A DNA stretch of 64,000 nucleotides. Origin: Eledone cirrhosa (taxonomy: Eukaryota). Each line of letters opens with the position of its first letter. The first letter of the stretch is position 1. The translations under genes and the position numbers were made by a program. Below the pieces are notes generated by a model. That model was given only the letters and a program-made list of their open reading frames with translations, had not been told where the DNA came from and made no database searches. Below are positions 25,690-38,526 of this stretch, one piece after another. The DNA is taken from the NCBI GenBank assembly GCA_964016885.1, contig OZ024758.1:16802001-16866000 (forward strand), in the 5' to 3' direction.

Positions 25690-25832
25690 CATCTCGTTTC
25701 TACAGCTGAGTAAACTGGAGCAACGTGAAATAAAGTGTCTTGCTCAAGGAAACAACACATCACCCGGTCCGAGAATTGAACACAACCTTTTGATTGCAAG
25801 CCCAATACTCTAACCACTAAGCCATACGCCTT
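25690..25832 (-). mobile_element. SINE family 2
   Basis: Reverse complement of the 7120-7265 unit. Confidence 0.85.
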
Positions 25833-26276
25833 CTATTTTCTGATAGATCTATAAATGATTTGGAATATGTGATTTTAACATGGCTGCATACAATTTCATT
25901 TCATTTCATTTTATTTTGCTTATTTTATTTTATCTTACAAACAGAGAAAATCAATCTTTCATACACACATAGACACAGTAAACCATACATGAGTTTGCAA
26001 GTGTATGATAGGCTTGTGTGTGTGTGTGGAGAAATTACTTGAATTCATAAATATAAATGTTAATGAATATTTATATATATTAATTCTATACTAGATTTTC
26101 CTATCGGATCGATTATTTTGGTGGATCATTGACTCAACTCAAAACAAACAGGAAGCGCAATCTGGATAATATATGACAGAAAATTACAAATTTAATGGTA
26201 AGTTGACTGGATATAGAGACAAGTATATTACAAAACTAATGTTTTTGTAAGATATAAAAAAGAAAGATACACACAT

Positions 26277-26306
<30 letters not shown>

Positions 26307-26308
<2 letters not shown>

Positions 26309-26770
26309 CGATATTAAACAAATGGAAACTATATTTATAAAACCATATTTATTTCATTATACATATTTCAGGGATACCATATTAAAAATATGGCATGCCT
26401 TCTTCAGATAAAATACAATATATAAGCAGTTTTATAAATAAATTTGACGTACCATAGAATATTGATCAACTTCCGTTTAAAAAAGCTGGTTTGGTAGTGA
26501 GATGTTTGTAAATATTTAGTGTTAAGTACAGTTAGAAAAGAAAGACCGAGAGAAGGAGTAAATGTATGTAAAGAAAAACAGAGAAGAAGGCATGCCATAT
26601 TTTTAATATGGTATCCCTAAAATATGTATAATGAAATAAATATGGTTTTATAAATATAGTTTCCATTTGTTTAATATCGTATATCTACTCCAAAACTTGT
26701 TGAGTGCTTTATATCAGTTATAAAATATTTACTCGTTGTAACCCAACAATTTTAAATAAAACTTTTGCAT
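26307..26770 (+). mobile_element. PLE family B element with inverted arms, in (TA)n
   Basis: Left arm starts TACGATATT and holds a minus-strand HHR (26351-26414, CTGAAGA...GAAATATGTATA); right arm plus ~88-nt tail; homologous to the ends of 51261-55071. Confidence 0.8.
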
Positions 26771-26796
26771 ATATATATATATTTATTTATTTATAT

Positions 26797-27159
26797 ATGG
26801 TCTTCTAAATGTGTTTAATTAAACATACGGTATATTGACAAATATACTATACATACATTCATGTATACATCGCTATTTCAGAGCACCAATCCTAATACCT
26901 AAATTTTTGCTGGATCGGCAATCGCTCTGTATAATCAGCTCCTGATTATTACTGGAATTCTATAAGAATCCACCTTCTATAATTTCCGGTAAAAGCAGGC
27001 GAGTACGTGGATCTGAGGAACGCCAACCAGCGTGAAACAGACTGTCAGCTTTTCTCCCTTCTTTCGCCGAAAAGAAGTGACAGTCACTACTTTAAAACTG
27101 ATAGCGTATAGTCTTCTAAATGTCTTTAATTAAACATACGGTATATTGCCAAATATACT

Positions 27160-27165
<6 letters not shown>
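26797..27165 (+). mobile_element. HHR element with ~60-bp terminal direct repeats
   Basis: GTCTTCTAAATGT.TTTAATTAAACATACGGTATATTG.CAAATATACTATACATA at both ends; HHR at 27009-27050: CTGAGGA-ACGC-CAACCA-GCGT-GAAACAGACTGTC. Confidence 0.7.
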
Positions 27166-27191
<26 letters not shown>

Positions 27192-27197
<6 letters not shown>

Positions 27198-27540
27198 TAA
27201 ACAAACCCCTTTTAAAGGGAGACTACTCTTTATCCACCTGATTTTAACTCTTTGACATTAGAGATAGAACAGATACTCTATACTATTTCCTGTCAGCATG
27301 GCTTGCCAAGATATTTAGAACGCTGGTTTGAGACCTTTATTTCCCTCTGAAGAAGAGATATCTCGAAAATTAAGGACGTTTAAAATAAATCTAAGGTAAA
27401 AGACGAATTGTCAACAATATCTTTTGCAATTGCATTCTTTTTTCTATGTCCATACCTGCATTGTTTTGGCTTTATTATACATATTCAAACGTTTATACCT
27501 CATTACACAATGCTTCAAGTGAACTATAACCTCCTCCATA
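27192..27540 (+). mobile_element. PLE-derived HHR element, family C
   Basis: Minimal HHR at 27341-27376: TCCCT-CTGAAGA-AGAGATATCTC-GAAAATTA-AGGA; homologous to 33491-33811. Confidence 0.7.
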
Positions 27541-27554
27541 TATATATATATGAT

Positions 27555-27860
27555 ATCTGACCAATGAGGGGAGGGCATATCCTTTGGACGCAGACATTAG
27601 TTCATTCTAAATCATATGCATTCAGTTCCCAGCACCAGAGTGTAGGACTAACACCACACTCTGGTGCTGAACATATCAATGGATTAACAAGGTATAATCT
27701 ATTACAACATTATGTTTTCTTGTTTTTTTTTCTGTTCAAGTCCTTACTGCCTGGTGAGGGTATAGCTATGAAATAATGGCTATCACTGAAATATATATAT
27801 ATAGCAGCGAATATGAATAAACGAAGCTAATTTTACCCTGTTGACTTGCACTTCGTGTGA
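27555..27860 (+). mobile_element. PLE-derived HHR element, family D (degenerate core CTGGTGA)
   Basis: 27747-27807 is homologous to the HHR at 29848-29902, including downstream AATAAACGAAGCTAA. Confidence 0.6.
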
Positions 27861-27896
27861 GTGTGAGTGTGTGTGTGAGTGTGAGTGTGAGTGTGA

Positions 27897-27943
<47 letters not shown>

Positions 27944-28357
27944 ACGAGGAAATAAGTTAAATATTTGGAAGCCCGATAATGCGTGTGGCATAAGTGCCAA
28001 GGTAATATGAGTTAGAGAAAATACGATAAAAAAGGCGATAGAATTTTACTTTAGCAATTTTAATGATCCTAAATATTTCAGATTTACCATCCATTATCAA
28101 TAATACTAGACCAAAATCTAGAGAGAACCCGATACAATAATTACACCGTTTTCATAGGTTTCTGGCAGGGAATGTTGTCTTACAATTAATGCTACACATG
28201 CGCTCCAAATGAATTTGTTGAACAAATTGTAAACAACGAGATCGAAATCACTGGATATCGATCTAAACCCTTACATAAAAGACTCTTCCTGCTATATCAA
28301 GTGTAAAACTAATATATTTCTTCATTGTACTGTGTTACATTTGCTTTGTTTATATTT

Positions 28358-28434
<77 letters not shown>

Positions 28435-28546
28435 TATATAAACATAAAATTAACAAAGAAGGGACAAGACAACAAACGAAATAGGGGAAACCTTAAGTAT
28501 ACATTGATATATATATATATAATATATATGTATGTGTGTGTGTATA

Positions 28547-28735
28547 TATTGTTTCTACTTTAGGCACAATGCCAGCAATTACCCAGTACATTACTGGTAC
28601 TTTATTTTATCGACCCCGTAAGGATGAAAGGCAAAGTTAACCTCGGTGGGATTTGAACTCAGATTGTAAAGGGACGTAACTATGCTAGAAAGCATGGCGT
28701 CCAACCCTCTACCGATACTGCCAATTCACCGCCAT
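28547..28735 (-). mobile_element. SINE family 1
   Basis: Full copy; TSD-like ATGTGTGTGTGTATATATT on both sides. Confidence 0.9.
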
Positions 28736-28819
28736 GTGTGTGTATATATTATAAAGTAAAATGACAGGTAAACCAACAAATTTAAACGTATATATATATA
28801 TATAATATATATATATACA

Positions 28820-28988
28820 CACACATAAAATAAGTTGACAGGACTAGCATGAGTTTCACTGCTAGGACCGCTTGCATCTCAGTGTACTCAATAGCTAGGG
28901 TTATGTAAAATCCCAGAGTAGACACAGAGTTATTTGCTTCAATACAACACACGTAAATGGGTATCTCAAATCTATACCCGTACTCGGG

Positions 28989-29038
<50 letters not shown>

Positions 29039-29205
29039 AAAGGGAAACAGAAATAAAAACACAATCGGTACAGTATATGGAAGGGATATATTAGGTTAAC
29101 GCTTGAAATAGTAAGAAGAGGGTCTTAACGTTTCGGTCGATAGTCCTTCATCAGAAGAAAGAATTAGAAATAAGATAGATTGAAGGGACGTCGGGGTGGA
29201 ATTAT
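28820..29205 (-). mobile_element. PLE-derived HHR element, family E
   Basis: Minus-strand HHR at 29123-29158: TCTT-CTGATGA-AGGACTATCGACC-GAAACGTT-AAGA; homologous to 42300-42537 and 33102-33180. Confidence 0.7.
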
Positions 29206-29243
29206 ATAATGTGTGTGTGTGTGCGTGTGCGTGTATATATATA

Positions 29244-29416
29244 TATTAAAATAACTGATTAATGTTTAAGCAAAGAATCGCTGCTTTCACCCTTAACGGG
29301 ATCTTTAATCTGTTATTTTAATAAATATTTGCTCTAGGGTTCTTATATATTTGATATATATTTATCCTTATCGAGCCCTCTTTGGATTTTAGTCTTCAAG
29401 TTTATTATTATTACTT
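29244..29416 (+). mobile_element. family A short fold-back copy
   Basis: Inverted short arm joined to TTTAATCTGTTATTTTAATAAA plus tail. Confidence 0.75.
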
Positions 29417-29847
29417 TATATATATATATATATATATCTTTTGTTAACCTGTTTAGCTTGCTTAGTAATTTTGTCTGGCCTCTATAACGTATGTTAATTG
29501 TTCTGGTCTTCTTTTAGTCCATTGAGCGCTTGCCGCATACCTCGAAATTTGCGGTCCGTTTGGTTTTCGCCACCGCCGAAATATGATCTCGCTGAAATTA
29601 TATTTGAGTATATATATATATATATATATAGATTTTGAGTATATGTTGGTTGTATACCAACACACCAGTATGCAGGCTGGAGCACTCGACGAAGTGCGCA
29701 GGTTGGTTTGGTTACTCCGGAGTAATGTAAAATAATTCCAGTTCCTTCAGTGAAATAACAACCCAACCAGGAACTGGGCATATCAGAGTATTGACAAAAT
29801 TATACACCTCAACAACATATGTACTTGTCTATATCACACTAATTCGG

Positions 29848-29902
29848 ACTGCCTGAAGAGGTCACAGCCAAAGATGGCTGTCACCGAAATATATATAGCA
29901 GT
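29848..29902 (+). ncRNA. type I hammerhead motif, family D
   Basis: ACTGC-CTGAAGA-GGTCACAGCCA-AAGA-TGGCTGTCACC-GAAA-TATAT-ATA-GCAGT. Confidence 0.8.
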
Positions 29903-29948
29903 AATAAACGAAGCTAAATTTTAAACATTTGACTCTTTATTTTACTTT

Positions 29949-29987
<39 letters not shown>

Positions 29988-30488
29988 GTTGCTCAAACTG
30001 ACAATGACAATCTCTGCTCGTCTAAAGAAGTGCTTAGCCGTCTCACAATACCCTAGGCCTAAATCCTAGTATCAAAGAACGTAAGGATAGAGAATTCAAC
30101 CCCAGAGTAGATGTTAATTGTAAACTACTAATTTCTTCTGTGTTATTATGTTATGTATTTGTATTCAGAAAAGTCACGATGACCTCTCTCAATGTACTGA
30201 TCTCGTAATAACTACAAGTGTTTTGTCATTGTCAGTTATAGAGGTTAATCTGTTGCTCACAGTAAAGAGGTGTAACTAAACGATATTCAACAGTAGTTCA
30301 TATATATTATTTTGAACATAGATACGTTATAATTATGTTAACAGAACAGCATACAGTCGGTCGATAAGTGAATATCCAATTTAATTGACAAGCAGCGATT
30401 CAATGAATCTGTTTATTTTTGCTTGTGAATATTTAGGTGATAGTTATCTCACTAAACTAAATCTCTTCTTCTTACACTGACACTTTTG

Positions 30489-30540
<52 letters not shown>

Positions 30541-30742
30541 ATACCACTTAGCAACAATATGCATATCAACCAATCCACGTCAGACCTATCTCTCTCTCTG
30601 AGAGAGAGAGAGAGAGGGTGTCCCCAAAAAATGTATATACCAGCACAGGCAATATTTATTAAAATGTGTATACGTTTTGGTGGACATCCGTGTGTGTGTA
30701 TAAATATATCTATCTATATTATATATATATAATATATATATA

Positions 30743-30783
<41 letters not shown>

Positions 30784-30889
30784 GTATATACATGTACCAC
30801 CCATACATGGTTAACTATATATAGGCATACATAAACACATTAATACGCACAAACATATATATACTATATATATACACACATACAGTATA

Positions 30890-30930
<41 letters not shown>

Positions 30931-30934
30931 AAAT

Positions 30935-31092
30935 AATTGTTTCTACTTTTGGCGCAAGGCCAGCAATTACTCAGTGCAGTAATGGTACTTTATTTTATCG
31001 ACCCCGTAAGGATGAAAGGCAAAGTTAACCACGGCGGGATTTGAACTCAACTGTGCTGCAAAGTATGGCGTCGACACTCTACGGATACTGCT
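30935..31092 (-). mobile_element. SINE family 1
   Basis: Core and tail with a shortened head. Confidence 0.85.
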
Positions 31093-31547
31093 AAATGCAA
31101 GTAAAATTTCTTTACTGATTTATTTGTTCAGATAACAGCAGGATCAACGTACCAGCCAAAAGTAGAAAATACTGTATATGGTACTTGATAATTATGTCTT
31201 TGTTTAGCAAACAAAACGTGCTCACATTGGCATATCACACTGAAATTACTGTGACCTTTTCTTGGTCTCTATTTTTAAGATTTCTTCAACTTGATGCATA
31301 CACATTGAAACTTATATGCATCTATAATCTTCTGAGTGGTTCTGTGAAGAACGCTTTCTATTTCATTGTCAACCTCTTGCGGCTTAAAAGAAACTGAATC
31401 AAATACGTTCCCCCACACTAACCATCATATAGCGTGACGCGTTTTTCTATGATATTTGCGTATATAAATACTATACGCATTTTTCTATGATATTTGCGTA
31501 TATAAATACACTAATATGTAAATAGAAAGTACACACAGATATACACA

Positions 31548-31610
<63 letters not shown>

Positions 31611-31914
31611 TTTCCCACAAACACGCAATCAAACACACATACATACATTCCCACAAGCACGCAATTCAATCAAACACACATGTATATATAGAGTTTCGTT
31701 CTCAGACTCATATGATTTATTTTGGTTAGACATGATATCCATATGTATGCGTACGCTATTTGTCATATATATATATATATATAATGTGTGTATACGTGTG
31801 TGCACACATACATAAGTAAGCAAGTACATTCTTGCAAAGGTAAGAGGTATATAAATGTAAAACTTCGTCTCAAAGCAATATATATTTAGCCATATTCATA
31901 TCATATTTGATACC

Positions 31915-31956
<42 letters not shown>

Positions 31957-32016
31957 GTGTGTATATATATATATATGTGTGTATATATATATATATATGT
32001 GTGTATATATATATAC

Positions 32017-32084
<68 letters not shown>

Positions 32085-32275
32085 GTATATATATATATAT
32101 ATATACGTATATATGTATGTATATATATATACGTATATATGTATGTATATATATATACGTATATATGTATGTATATATATATATCTATATATGTATATAT
32201 CTATATATATCTATATATGTATATATCTATATATATATCTATATATGTATATATCTATATGTATATATATATATG

Positions 32276-32322
<47 letters not shown>

Positions 32323-32346
32323 GTATATATACATATATAGATATAC

Positions 32347-32435
<89 letters not shown>

Positions 32436-32512
32436 GGTTGTCACAAACAGTCATGACCGGCATGGGCCGGTGTTTGGATTCTGACGATCGATTGGTTATT
32501 GATTAGGCGATA

Positions 32513-32622
32513 CCCGCTGATGAAGCCGCATAAGCCGATTGTGCATTGTTTCATAATATATGCAGACAGATGGTGCAGTGCACCATACCGCTGCATCAGT
32601 GTGGCAGAAACTCGAGTCCGGG
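32513..32622 (+). ncRNA. hammerhead motif with long stem II insert
   Basis: CCCG-CTGATGA-A-GCCGCA...TGTGGC-A-GAAAC-TCGA-GTC-CGGG; the host segment lies between (GT)n and (AG)n. Confidence 0.75.
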
Positions 32623-32770
32623 AACCTTATAGGCACCCGTTTTACGTGTGTTGTGTTGAGGCAAATAACTATGTGTATACTCTGGTAATGTATCTTACAT
32701 TGCCCATTGAGTGCGCTGAGATACAACCGGTACTGGCATTGATAAATATGCTGGGTCCGTCAACCCTTAT

Positions 32771-32850
<80 letters not shown>

Positions 32851-33042
32851 TAGAGAGAGAGATGGATGGAGAGAGAGGAAATACAAAGTATAGATAAGAC
32901 CGTGGTACATATTTCAATGACGAAATCTCAACTACTTTCTCTTTCCTTATTCTAAAAATACTCTGTCATTCCAATGTGGGAAATGCTCGTTGAGTTCTCG
33001 AATTGAATTACATCAATGTTTTACTGTATGTATGTATGTATG

Positions 33043-33107
<65 letters not shown>

Positions 33108-33320
33108 AACAGAAATAACAACACAATCGGTACAGTGTATGGAAGGAGTATATTAAGTTAACGCTTGATATAGCAGGAACAAAAGTAACAAAGACCGCTG
33201 GAATAAATACAGCGATCTCCGGCCATCGTCTAACTTACTCAATGAACCTGGCGAATTGCAGTTATGCAGCTACAATCAACTGTTGTGTGTGCATACATTT
33301 AGTTTACTCTAGACAGTCGA

Positions 33321-33395
33321 CTGTGTCTGACAATGTCACGGCACTGGGTACAGGAAGTTGTGTGGCCACTGTCGTCATTGAAATATGTATCACAG
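33321..33395 (+). ncRNA. degenerate hammerhead motif (CTGACAA core)
   Basis: CTGTGT-CTGACAA-stem II-GAAATATGTATC-ACAG, ~50 nt before (TA)n. Confidence 0.5.
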
Positions 33396-33442
33396 CATTA
33401 TCAATAAAGTACTTTAACATCTGAAACCACTTCTCATTTTCC

Positions 33443-33490
<48 letters not shown>

Positions 33491-33496
<6 letters not shown>

Positions 33497-33809
33497 GTTT
33501 GGAGTTAGAAGACCAGAATAATGCAGGTATGGATGTAGAATATAAATACAAATATATTATTTCCTGTGAGCATGACCTGGCAAGCTAATTAGAACACTGG
33601 ATTAACCTCTTTACTTCCCTCCGAAGAAGAGATATTATCTCGAAAATTAAGGATATTCAAATAAATTTAAGCTAAAAGACTAATTGTCAGCAATATCTTT
33701 TGCATTTGTATTTATATTCTATATCCATACTTGCATTGTTCTGGCCTTCTAGCTCCAAACGTTTATACCTCACTACACAATGCTTCAAGTAAACTACAAT
33801 TTCCTCATG

Positions 33810-33811
<2 letters not shown>
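33491..33811 (+). mobile_element. family C element with 63-bp inverted arm
   Basis: 33491-33553 is the reverse complement of 33706-33767; ~45-nt tail; HHR (CCGAAGA) at 33616-33653. Confidence 0.75.
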
Positions 33812-33854
<43 letters not shown>

Positions 33855-34049
33855 TATATCATCACCGTTTTACGTCAATGTCTCCACGCTAGCATGGGTT
33901 ATACGGGCTGTCCTGTTGTGAGCAATGCCATGTCAGGTGGCCGTGTCTTGTTCATACAGGACTGATTTGGGCTCGGTTTCTACAGCTGGATGTCCTTCCA
34001 AACACCAACCTCATTTACAGTGAGTACTTATATATATATATATATGTAT

Positions 34050-34363
34050 ATATCAGAAGATCCCGTTAAGGGTGAAAGCAGCGATTCTTTGCTTAAACTT
34101 TAATCTGTTATTTTAATAAATATTTGATATATATTTATCCTTATCGAGCCCTCTTTGGATTTTATTCTTCAAATTTATTATTATTACTATATATATATAT
34201 ATATACAGTAATAATAATAAATTTGAAGACTAAAATCCAAAGAGGGCTCGATAGGATAAATATATATCAAATATATAAAAACCGTAGAGCAAATAGAGTT
34301 TCAGAAGATCCCGTTAAGGGTGAAAGCAGCGATTCTTTGCTTAAACTTTAATCTGTTATTTTA

Positions 34364-34370
<7 letters not shown>
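34050..34370. mobile_element. two family A copies tail-to-tail across one (TA)n tract
   Basis: Plus copy at 34052-34187; second copy at 34207-34370 is an inverted tail joined to a plus-strand HHR arm. Confidence 0.75.
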
Positions 34371-34404
<34 letters not shown>

Positions 34405-34727
34405 TATCAGAGTTTTGAAGCATTGTTGAATAGGAAAGACAAATGTTAAATAATTTTGAAAACCAAACAATGCAATAGAAAGAAAATTAAATCGCTAAGA
34501 TAACAAAAGAATCTTATCTTAGAAAATTTAATGATCTCAAATATTTTCGGGTTTAAAAACCCACTATCAAGGGAGTAACCCTATGATATGAGAGACTTAA
34601 AAATAGATCTTACTCTCCCGTACACCTACACAACCACACGGATATGGTCCGAACGTTGAAGAGCCGAAACCCCACTGTCATCACCTCCATCTCTCTCGCC
34701 CTCCCCATATCTCTGTAGGGTGAGCAA

Positions 34728-34902
34728 ATGGTACTTTATTTTATCGACCCCGTAAGGATGAGAAGCAAAGTTAACCTCGGCGGGATTTGAACTCAGAACG
34801 TAAAGGGCCATAACTATGTTGCAAAGCATGGCGCCCGATGCTCTCAATTCACCGCCCTTATAAATGATATCATATAAATGTATGTGTGTGTGTGTGTGGG
34901 GG

Positions 34903-34947
<45 letters not shown>

Positions 34948-35025
34948 GTGTATATATATATATATATATATATACACATGTATATATATATATATACACA
35001 TATATATATATATATATATATACAC

Positions 35026-35065
<40 letters not shown>

Positions 35066-35760
35066 GTGTGTGTGTATATGTGTATGTATGTATGTATGTG
35101 TGTGTATATTTATGTTAAACGACATTCAGTACATTATTTATAATTTACTTCTTTTTAATTAAATAATTAATTAACTGATTGATGAATATTTTTTCTGACT
35201 ATAATTAGTACCAAATCTTTCGCCACATTTCTTTTAAGTGGGTAACTATAAACACACAGATTAAGCAGAGATCAGTGAACACAGCGGAGTGACGTGAATA
35301 CATCTTTCATACTAACTATCATATCAAAATAATTACTTAATTAGTAAAAAGATGCAAACAGTAACGGCATTTGTTACATGTGTTTATTCAGACGCAATGC
35401 TTTTCAGCATAGAGTTATGGCCCTTTACGTTCCAAGTTCAAATCCCGCCGAGGTTAGCTTTGCCTTTCTCTGGGGTCGATTTAATCGACTTACCCCCACT
35501 CCCTCCCTAAACTTGCTGGCTTTGTGCCTATAGTAGAAATCATTATTAAAAAGCTTACTAGGACGGTGGATTGACAGAATCGGTAGAGCATCAGATACCA
35601 TGCTTTGCGGCATAGAGTTATGACTCTTTATGTTATGGCCTTTACGTTATCAAATCCCGCCGAGGTTAATTTTGCCTTTCATCCTTACGGGGTCGATAAA
35701 ATGAAGTATCAGTAATGCACTGGTGTAATTTCTGGCCTTGTGCCAAAAATAGAAACAGTT
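34728..35760. mobile_element. SINE family 1 copies (34728-34858 minus; 35390-35547 and 35560-35760 plus)
   Basis: Family-1 motifs. Confidence 0.8.
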
Positions 35761-35820
35761 ATGAATAGTTTAAAATGTTTTAACTATTCATAACTGTTGG
35801 CACAAGGCCAGCAATTATTC

Positions 35821-35899
<79 letters not shown>

Positions 35900-36308
35900 C
35901 ATACAAGTTAACCTACAGTCAGTAGGCCCCTCTAAACCAAATATACACCCCAACCCACTACCCATCCTCCCACTCACATCCACATCACCCTTTCTCTATA
36001 AAGTTATGTTGATACCACAGAACATCCAGTCCGAACTAAGGAGGTCGTGTAGGTGTCACGACACAAAAAATACACACAGTCCACGCTGTAAAGTCGTGGT
36101 CCTGTGGGTAACACGGTAAAAAGGCTCCCACTCCACACTGTAAATGTGGTTGGTGTTAGGAAGGGCATCCAGCCATAGAAAACCTGCCACATACAGTCCT
36201 ATACGAGCGAGACACGGCCACCCAATCAATCTTACCTCAAGTGGGACAATTCCCGTCTAACACATGCTAGCGTAGAAAATATACTTTGTTAAACAATGAT
36301 GATGATGA
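35900..36308 (+). mobile_element. SINE-like family 3 with (GAT)n tail
   Basis: GGTTGGTGTTAGGAAGGGCATCCAGCCATAGAAA...CCGTCTAAC.CATGCTAGCGT...GATGATGA; other copies at 33858-34025, 40990-41340, 41470-41770 and 44706-44890. Confidence 0.7.
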
Positions 36309-36789
36309 TACATATAAGAATAACATTAAGAAAGATGTGATTACATAAAGCATTTCTTATAATTATTTCAATGGCTCCCTTATGCAATCCAAGATGTATC
36401 TAAATTTATTGGTGGTATGAAAACGATTTCTTCGGATGAAAGATTCGTCTATATATGCTTCAGGCATACAAATATAGAGAGCTTTCTCCTGCTTTTTACC
36501 AAAACTACTTTTACTGAACACAATATATATATATATATCACATTTTTTTGGAAAATCTGCTTCGTAGAATCAAGACATTTCTGAGGACCTTGCGATTTCA
36601 AAGTCAGGTTCGATCATCACATCGATCGTACCTCGAGCTGGTCGCCAGAGAAACGATTGTAATATGTCCAATAAATTCCATTCGTCGCAAAACTGATGCT
36701 CTTTTTTTTTGTGATATCATACTCTGCTCTTGAGAGCATCGAGTGCTAAAAGGGCCTACCGCATACGGACGCTTAAAGCATCCAACACC

Positions 36790-37027
36790 AATATTTATTA
36801 AAATAACAGATTAAAGTTTAAGCAAAGAATCGCTGCTTTCAGGAAATCTCGTTAAGGGTGAAAGCAGCGATTCTTTGCTTAAACTTTAATCTGTTATTTT
36901 AATAAATATTTGCTCTACGGTTCTTATATGTTTAATATATATTTATCCTTATCGAGCTCTCTTAGGATTTTAGTCTTCAAATTTATTATTATTACTATAT
37001 ATATATATATATGTATATATATGTATA

Positions 37028-37068
<41 letters not shown>

Positions 37069-37353
37069 ATAATAATAAATTTTAAGACTAAAATCCAAAG
37101 AGGGCTCGATAAGGATAAATATATATCAAATATTTCACCACTCCAAATTATGACGTATTATCTTTGGCATTATCCGTTCTTTGCCAGGGAACTTTTCCAC
37201 GAACCAAAGTATCGTCTTCCTGTCTTCCTTTGGTTGCAACGTTTTTTGAAATATTTACTTCTGCGTTCACAGATTGATTTTTTTTTTGTTTCAGAAGATC
37301 CCGTTAAGGGTGAAAGCAGCGATTCTTTGCTTAAACTTTAATCTGTTATTTTA

Positions 37354-37355
<2 letters not shown>
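36790..37355. mobile_element. two family A copies tail-to-tail across one TA tract
   Basis: 36790-36996 is a fold-back plus tail; 37065-37355 is an inverted tail joined to a plus arm homologous to the reverse of 3295-3515. Confidence 0.75.
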
Positions 37356-37392
<37 letters not shown>

Positions 37393-37396
<4 letters not shown>

Positions 37397-37922
37397 GATA
37401 AAGCTACCAAAAGTTTACGGTAGTGTCCAATCCGTATGAAGAACTCAATGTAATCCGGATATCATGAAAAGAGAAGATGCATTCAAAAACTACTTTCGGT
37501 GAAAAATAAACGGAAAACAGAGTCAAGATAAATTAATAAAATAATGAATAAACAAAGAAACAGTTCCTTATATTAAAAAAATTCATCATTTTACGATCGT
37601 TTCTAGGATATATATGTGTTAGAGTTGGTATGCATATTCTATAGATCTATGTACAATATTTATACAAACTATCAGAGGGAATATACATACCTACACATAT
37701 ATATGCTGTCTTCAGAAATATTTCTGAAAATTATTTCTGAAGACAGCATATATATGTGTAGGTATGTATATTCCCTCTGATAGTTTGTATAAATATTGTA
37801 CATAGATCTATAGAATATGCATACCAACTCTAACACATATATATCCCAGAAACGATCGTAAAATGATGAATTTTTTTAATATAATGAACTGTTTCTTTGT
37901 TTATTCATTATTTTATTAATTT
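37393..37922 (-). mobile_element. ~390-bp near-perfect palindrome carrying back-to-back HHRs, plus ~135-nt tail
   Basis: 37530-37720 vs 37732-37922; HHR ATTT-CTGAAGA-(~105-nt stem II)-GAAAC-GATC-GTA-AAAT at 37733-37864 and its mirror. Confidence 0.8.
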
Positions 37923-38481
37923 ATATATATATATATATATATATCAATGATGTATTGTGATTTTTCACAAGGTGGATTATAGTATTTAACCTACTAAACT
38001 AACATACTCAAAGATAAACATACAAATGTAATGCTATTTCTATCCATCATAAAACAACTTCACTCTGACTTAATCTTTGTTTCTCTGTGTGTATTATTAG
38101 ATTTCAAAACAAATAACGACCAGATTATACCATGATACTATAAGAACAGAATTGTTATAAAGAAATTTACCATCTTTGGTCGGTGTGCAGTCTTGGAGTA
38201 CACCAATGATATAAACTCCTGACATACATACATACATACATACATACATACATACATACATAGATACATTGATACGTACATAGATACATTGATACGTACA
38301 TAGATACGCACAAACGTATGCATTTATCTATCTCTCGTATATATATATATGTGTGTGTGTGAACATATGCGTATATATATATATGTATATATGTGTATGT
38401 GTGTATATATGTGTGTATGTGTGTATATATGTGTGTATGTGTGTATATATGTGTGTATGTGTGTATATATGTGTGTATGTA

Positions 38482-38526
<45 letters not shown>

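Noticed and set aside
29997-30237. 15-bp inverted repeat AACTGACAATGACAA
   Set aside because: Single copy, no TSD; cannot classify.
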